A stretch of 28,535 bases of DNA from Alphaproteobacteria bacterium. Lineage in GTDB: Bacteria; Myxococcota_A; UBA796; UBA2385. A program made the translations under genes and the position numbers. The notes under the pieces were generated by a model. That model ran no database searches. It had not been told where the DNA came from and saw only the letters and a list, made by a program, of their open reading frames with translations. Shown one piece after another: positions 25,017 to 28,535 of this stretch (positions within the stretch are counted from its first letter, which is position 1; every line of letters starts with the position of its first letter). The stretch lies in contig JBEIVK010000001.1 of the NCBI GenBank assembly GCA_040373935.1, forward strand, positions 1 to 28,535. The letters are read 5' to 3'.

Positions 25017-26167
25017 CCGGGCCGCTGCCGCCGGACTTGCCCGAGGTGCTGCGCCGGGCGCGGCGGGACGAGCTCGCCCCCTTGTGCACGCTGCTGCGGG
25101 TGCCGTCGGAGGGCCGGAGCCGGGACGCGGTCGCGCGGTCGCTGCAGCTCGCGCTGCGCATGGCGGGGACGCGGCCCTTGCTCAACGTCGCGCGCGGGCG
25201 GCGAGAGCCCGACGCGTGGCATGAGGTGGTGGACCGCATCGCCGAGTCGGTGGGCGCGGCGCCGGGCGGGGAGCCGGCCTTCACGGAGCGGCGCGTTCTC
25301 GAGGCTTGGGCGAAGCGGGGGCGCCCGCGGCCGGTGCCGGCCGAGGACATCGCGGAGGTGCTCGCGGCCGGGTGGGCGCCAGCGCCCGGCGAGGCGCTGC
25401 AGCCCGTGCGGCGCGGCGCCGTCCAGCGCACCGTGGCGCAGGCAGTCCTCATGGGGATGAGCCGGTTCTTGCTGCTCTTTGTCGGGCCGCTGCTGGTGCT
25501 GGGCCTGCTGTATCTCCTGAGCCGGCCGCGCGAGGCGGTGCTCCTCCGGGCGGTGCTGGAGGTGGCCCGCTTGCGCGTGCGGGTGGGTCACCGCTTCACG
25601 CTCGCGCTGGTGGGGCCGCCGTCCGTGGGCAAGGACGCCGCGATGAAGGCGATTTTTGGGTTCGATACCGGGAACGTCTCCCCGATCGCCGGGTCGACCC
25701 GGCGCGCGGCCGCCTGGGAGGTGCCCGGGGAGCGCGGCCTGGAGGTGCTGAACACGCCGGGGGTGGGCGACACGGATGACGCGCTGACGGACGAGACGCG
25801 TGGCCTGCTCGACGCCGCGGACCTGTTCCTGTTCCTGGTGAACGCGCAGGGCGGCGTGCGTCAGCGAGAGAAGGACGAGTTTGCGCGGGTGCGCGCACGC
25901 CGGCGGCCGACCTTGGTGGTGGTGAACAAGCTGGACACCCTCCGACCGGGAGACCGGGAGCGGTTCCTGGCGGATTGCGCGGCCAAATTGGGCGTGGGCC
26001 GGGAGGGCGTCGTCGGCGCGGCGTTCGACCCGCTGCCCGCGCTGGCCGACGCGCCCTTCGGCGTGGGGGAGGTGCACGCGTGGCTGCGCGCGTGTCTGTC
26101 GGCGGCGGGGCGGGACCCGGGGGCCCTGGATGGACTGATCGGGGGCGGGCCGACGCTCGAGGTCTAG
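25013..26167 (+). CDS. YaaW-like membrane domain fused to atypical TRAFAC-class GTPase
   Basis: TTG start overlaps the previous TGA; hydrophobic FLLLFVGPLLVLGLLYLL; G1 GPPSVGKD, G2 GST, G3 NTPG, G4 NKLD. The GTPase call is firm; the YaaW call is tentative. Confidence 0.82.
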   Translation: MTGPLPPDLPEVLRRARRDELAPLCTLLRVPSEGRSRDAVARSLQLALRMAGTRPLLNVARGRREPDAWHEVVDRIAESVGAAPGGEPAFTERRVLEAWAKRGRPRPVPAEDIAEVLAAGWAPAPGEALQPVRRGAVQRTVAQAVLMGMSRFLLLFVGPLLVLGLLYLLSRPREAVLLRAVLEVARLRVRVGHRFTLALVGPPSVGKDAAMKAIFGFDTGNVSPIAGSTRRAAAWEVPGERGLEVLNTPGVGDTDDALTDETRGLLDAADLFLFLVNAQGGVRQREKDEFARVRARRRPTLVVVNKLDTLRPGDRERFLADCAAKLGVGREGVVGAAFDPLPALADAPFGVGEVHAWLRACLSAAGRDPGALDGLIGGGPTLEV

Positions 26168-26202
26168 GTCCGGTGTGCGATGATGGGGCGCTGGGGGGAA
26201 CG

Positions 26203-28494
26203 ATGCGGCGTGCGGTTTTCGGGTGTTGGATTGGGGTGGTGGCGGGCTGTGCGGGCGGCGCGGGCGGCGGAGGGCCGTCTGGCAAGCCCGCCCCGGACAC
26301 GGGGGCACCCCCGCCCGAGGACACCGGGCCCGCTCCGTGCGGGGACGCTGGGGGCGCCTTGCCGTCCGGCCTGGAGACCCTCACGACGGGCCGCGAAAAC
26401 CCCCAGGCGACCGTGCGGGACATCGACTTTCGCACCGGCGGCGAGGACCTCAACGACACCCTCCTCCATGAGGCGGTGCGCTTCGATCTGCCGCGTCCGG
26501 CGCGGATTTACGGGTACTCGGTGTGGTACGGGCACCTACCGGCCGGCGGCCCGGCGGACTTGCTCCCGGTGGCGCTGTGGCCCGACTTTGGGCACAACGG
26601 CTTCGACTTCCAGCCTTGGGCGCCGCTCGCGGTGGGGACCCGGTGCCTCGGGGAGCTGTCGACCGATGGCTGGTCGGACTACGTGCTGGCCGAGCCCTTC
26701 GAGGTGGCGCAGCCGGGGCTCGTCTACGTCGGGCACACCCGCGAAGGCCTCGACGGCGCGGCGTGGGCCTTCGACACGGCCACGGTGCGCTCGGATGGCG
26801 CGTGCGCGGAGTGGGCGGATTGCAGCTCGGCCCTGAACCTCCCGCTCGCCGACGATGCGAGCTATTACAATGGGACCAGTTTCCCCCTGCAGTACAGCTT
26901 TCTCGTGCGTCTGCATGTGGAGTGGACGGCGGAGGCAGACCCGGCGCAGCGGGTGTTCGTCGACACCGCGGTGATCGATGTGGACGCCGACGGAGACGGC
27001 GCCTTGGACCCGCTCGTCCTGGGAGGCCGCGCCGCGTGGGCCGATTACGACGGCGACGGGTGGGAGGACGTGCTGACGGGCGGGACCTTGCTGCGCAACC
27101 TCGGGGCGGGGGTGTTCACGGACGTGACGGCCGAGAGCGGGGTCGCGGCGGCGGCCGCGCGGTCCGGCGGCGTGTGGGGAGACATGGACAACGACGGGGA
27201 TCCAGACCTGCTCGTGTTCGCCGAGGCGCTGAACGCCACAGAGACGCTCTTCCGCAATGAGGGAGATGGCACCTTCTCCGACGTGAGCGAGGCGGCCGGG
27301 CTCGTGGATGTGAACGGGACGGATGACTGCGGGGACCCGGTGGCGAACGTGCATCGGCCGACCGCCGCGGCGGCGTGGTGGGACATCGACGGCGACGGCT
27401 GGCTTGATCTCACCATGGCCAACTTCATCTGCTGGTCGAGTGGGAGCACTTACGCGGACACGGTCTTCCGGAACCGGGGAGACGGGAGCTTCGAAGATTG
27501 GTCTGAGGCGCGTGGGTTCTCCGGGCTGGAGCGTGCGGGGCGCGCCTTGGGGCCCGCAGACGCTGACGGCGATGGAGACGTAGATCTCCTGGTGGGCAAC
27601 TATCGTCTTCAGGCCAACTTTTTCTACGACAACGGTGGCGATGGTACCGTCATCGAAGCGGCGCGGGAGGCTGGCCTGCGCGGGACGGAGAGCCTGCAGG
27701 GCACCACCCGGTACTATGGGCACACCATCGGGATCTCCTGGGGCGACCTCGACAACGACGGCGACCTGGACGTCGTGACGGGCAACCTGGCCCACCCGCG
27801 ATTCTTCGATTTCTCCGACAAGACCCAGATCCTGCTGAACGACGGCGCGGGGTCCTTCACGGATCGGCAGGGAGATTGGTCCGACCACGCGGGGGACGCC
27901 GGCCTCCGGTACCAAGAGACCCACTCGGTCCCGGCCCTCGCCGACTTCGATCACGATGGCGTGCTGGACCTCGCCTTGAGCGCCGTGTATCCGGGGCGGC
28001 CTTCGGAGCTGTACTGGGGGCGCGGCGATGGCACCTTCGCGTGGGAGGCGATGGACGCGGGCCTCGAGGAGACGAATGGGTGGGGGCTCTCGGTGGCGGA
28101 CCACGACAACGATGGGGATGTCGATCTCGCGGCCAGCCGGGCGCTTTGGGACAACCGCCGCGCGGAGGGCGCGTGGGCGCAGGTGCGCGTGGTCGGGGCC
28201 GCGGGCTGCAATCGGATGGGGCTCGGGGCCACGGTGCGCGTCGAAGCCGGTGGGGTGCGGCACACCCGGGTCGTCAGCGGCGGCAACGGGCAGGGCGGGC
28301 AGGACAGCGCCGTGATTCACGTTGGACTCGGGACGGCGGAGGTGGTGGACCGCATCGCCGTGCGCTGCCCCGGGCAGGCGGAGGTCGTCGTCGAAGGGCC
28401 CCTCGCCGTGGGTGAGCGCTGGTGGGTGGGCTCCGATGGGCGCGTGGAGGCGGGGTGGTCGCCGCCCGCTTGGGCGCGGGGGGCTGCGTGGTGA
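26203..28494 (+). CDS. CRTAC1-like lipoprotein with FG-GAP/VCBS repeats and C-terminal ASPIC/UnbV domain
   Basis: Lipobox VAG-C; repeated DxDGDGxxDL motifs (DYDGDGWED, DMDNDGDPDL, DIDGDGWLDL, DLDNDGDLDV, DFDHDGVLDL); C-terminal NRMGLGATVRV...SGGNGQGGQDSAVIHVGLG. Confidence 0.9.
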   Translation: MRRAVFGCWIGVVAGCAGGAGGGGPSGKPAPDTGAPPPEDTGPAPCGDAGGALPSGLETLTTGRENPQATVRDIDFRTGGEDLNDTLLHEAVRFDLPRPARIYGYSVWYGHLPAGGPADLLPVALWPDFGHNGFDFQPWAPLAVGTRCLGELSTDGWSDYVLAEPFEVAQPGLVYVGHTREGLDGAAWAFDTATVRSDGACAEWADCSSALNLPLADDASYYNGTSFPLQYSFLVRLHVEWTAEADPAQRVFVDTAVIDVDADGDGALDPLVLGGRAAWADYDGDGWEDVLTGGTLLRNLGAGVFTDVTAESGVAAAAARSGGVWGDMDNDGDPDLLVFAEALNATETLFRNEGDGTFSDVSEAAGLVDVNGTDDCGDPVANVHRPTAAAAWWDIDGDGWLDLTMANFICWSSGSTYADTVFRNRGDGSFEDWSEARGFSGLERAGRALGPADADGDGDVDLLVGNYRLQANFFYDNGGDGTVIEAAREAGLRGTESLQGTTRYYGHTIGISWGDLDNDGDLDVVTGNLAHPRFFDFSDKTQILLNDGAGSFTDRQGDWSDHAGDAGLRYQETHSVPALADFDHDGVLDLALSAVYPGRPSELYWGRGDGTFAWEAMDAGLEETNGWGLSVADHDNDGDVDLAASRALWDNRRAEGAWAQVRVVGAAGCNRMGLGATVRVEAGGVRHTRVVSGGNGQGGQDSAVIHVGLGTAEVVDRIAVRCPGQAEVVVEGPLAVGERWWVGSDGRVEAGWSPPAWARGAAW

Positions 28495-28535
28495 GCGCTG
28501 CCGCCGGGTTCGGCGCCGCGCCAGCGACCGGAGGC
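28491..28535 (+). CDS. Possible 5' fragment of a coupled downstream gene
   Basis: A GTGA overlap with the stop at 28492-28494 opens a frame that runs off the window end. Too short to identify. Confidence 0.25.
   Translation, partial: MSAAAGFGAAPATGG

Noticed and set aside
26536-28320. 594-aa minus-strand ORF with protein-like composition
   Set aside because: In-register antisense shadow of the FG-GAP gene; its periodicity mirrors the sense repeats.
1-28535. Mobile elements, prophage, rRNA or tRNA genes, known defence systems
   Set aside because: No transposase, integrase, phage structural, nuclease or methyltransferase motifs and no RNA gene signatures were seen by eye.

Overview
Very GC-rich bacterial chromosomal segment. 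Lipoproteins with Asp/Thr repeats, a Ser/Thr kinase-ATPase-helical-repeat protein and an FG-GAP/ASPIC-UnbV protein suggest Myxococcota or a relative (inference). About 29 genes are supported: DUF6069-like membrane protein, Dph6-like PP-loop ATPase, DegP/DegQ protease, shikimate-kinase-like protein with a broken P-loop, VOC protein, exported glutathione-peroxidase-family protein, class I PLP aminotransferase, CyaY, kinase-AAA-TPR protein, PBP1B-like class A PBP, two rhodanese proteins, Cys-less glutaredoxin, RsuA-family pseudouridine synthase, acyltransferase, esterase, amidohydrolase lipoprotein, RecX, DUF1295, a tandem GTPase pair and a CRTAC1-like lipoprotein, plus several hypotheticals. No rRNA, tRNA, CRISPR array, transposase, integrase or phage gene was seen. 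The best candidate for an undescribed system is the translationally coupled GTPase pair at 23811-26167. Both paralogues carry the same non-canonical nucleotide-binding motifs (G1 GKD instead of GKS/T; G3 NxPG instead of DxxG), one fused to a DUF697/YcjF-like membrane module and the other to a YaaW-like module. Most long ORFs in the supplied track are shadow frames caused by high GC. Family assignments come from motif recognition, not database searches.
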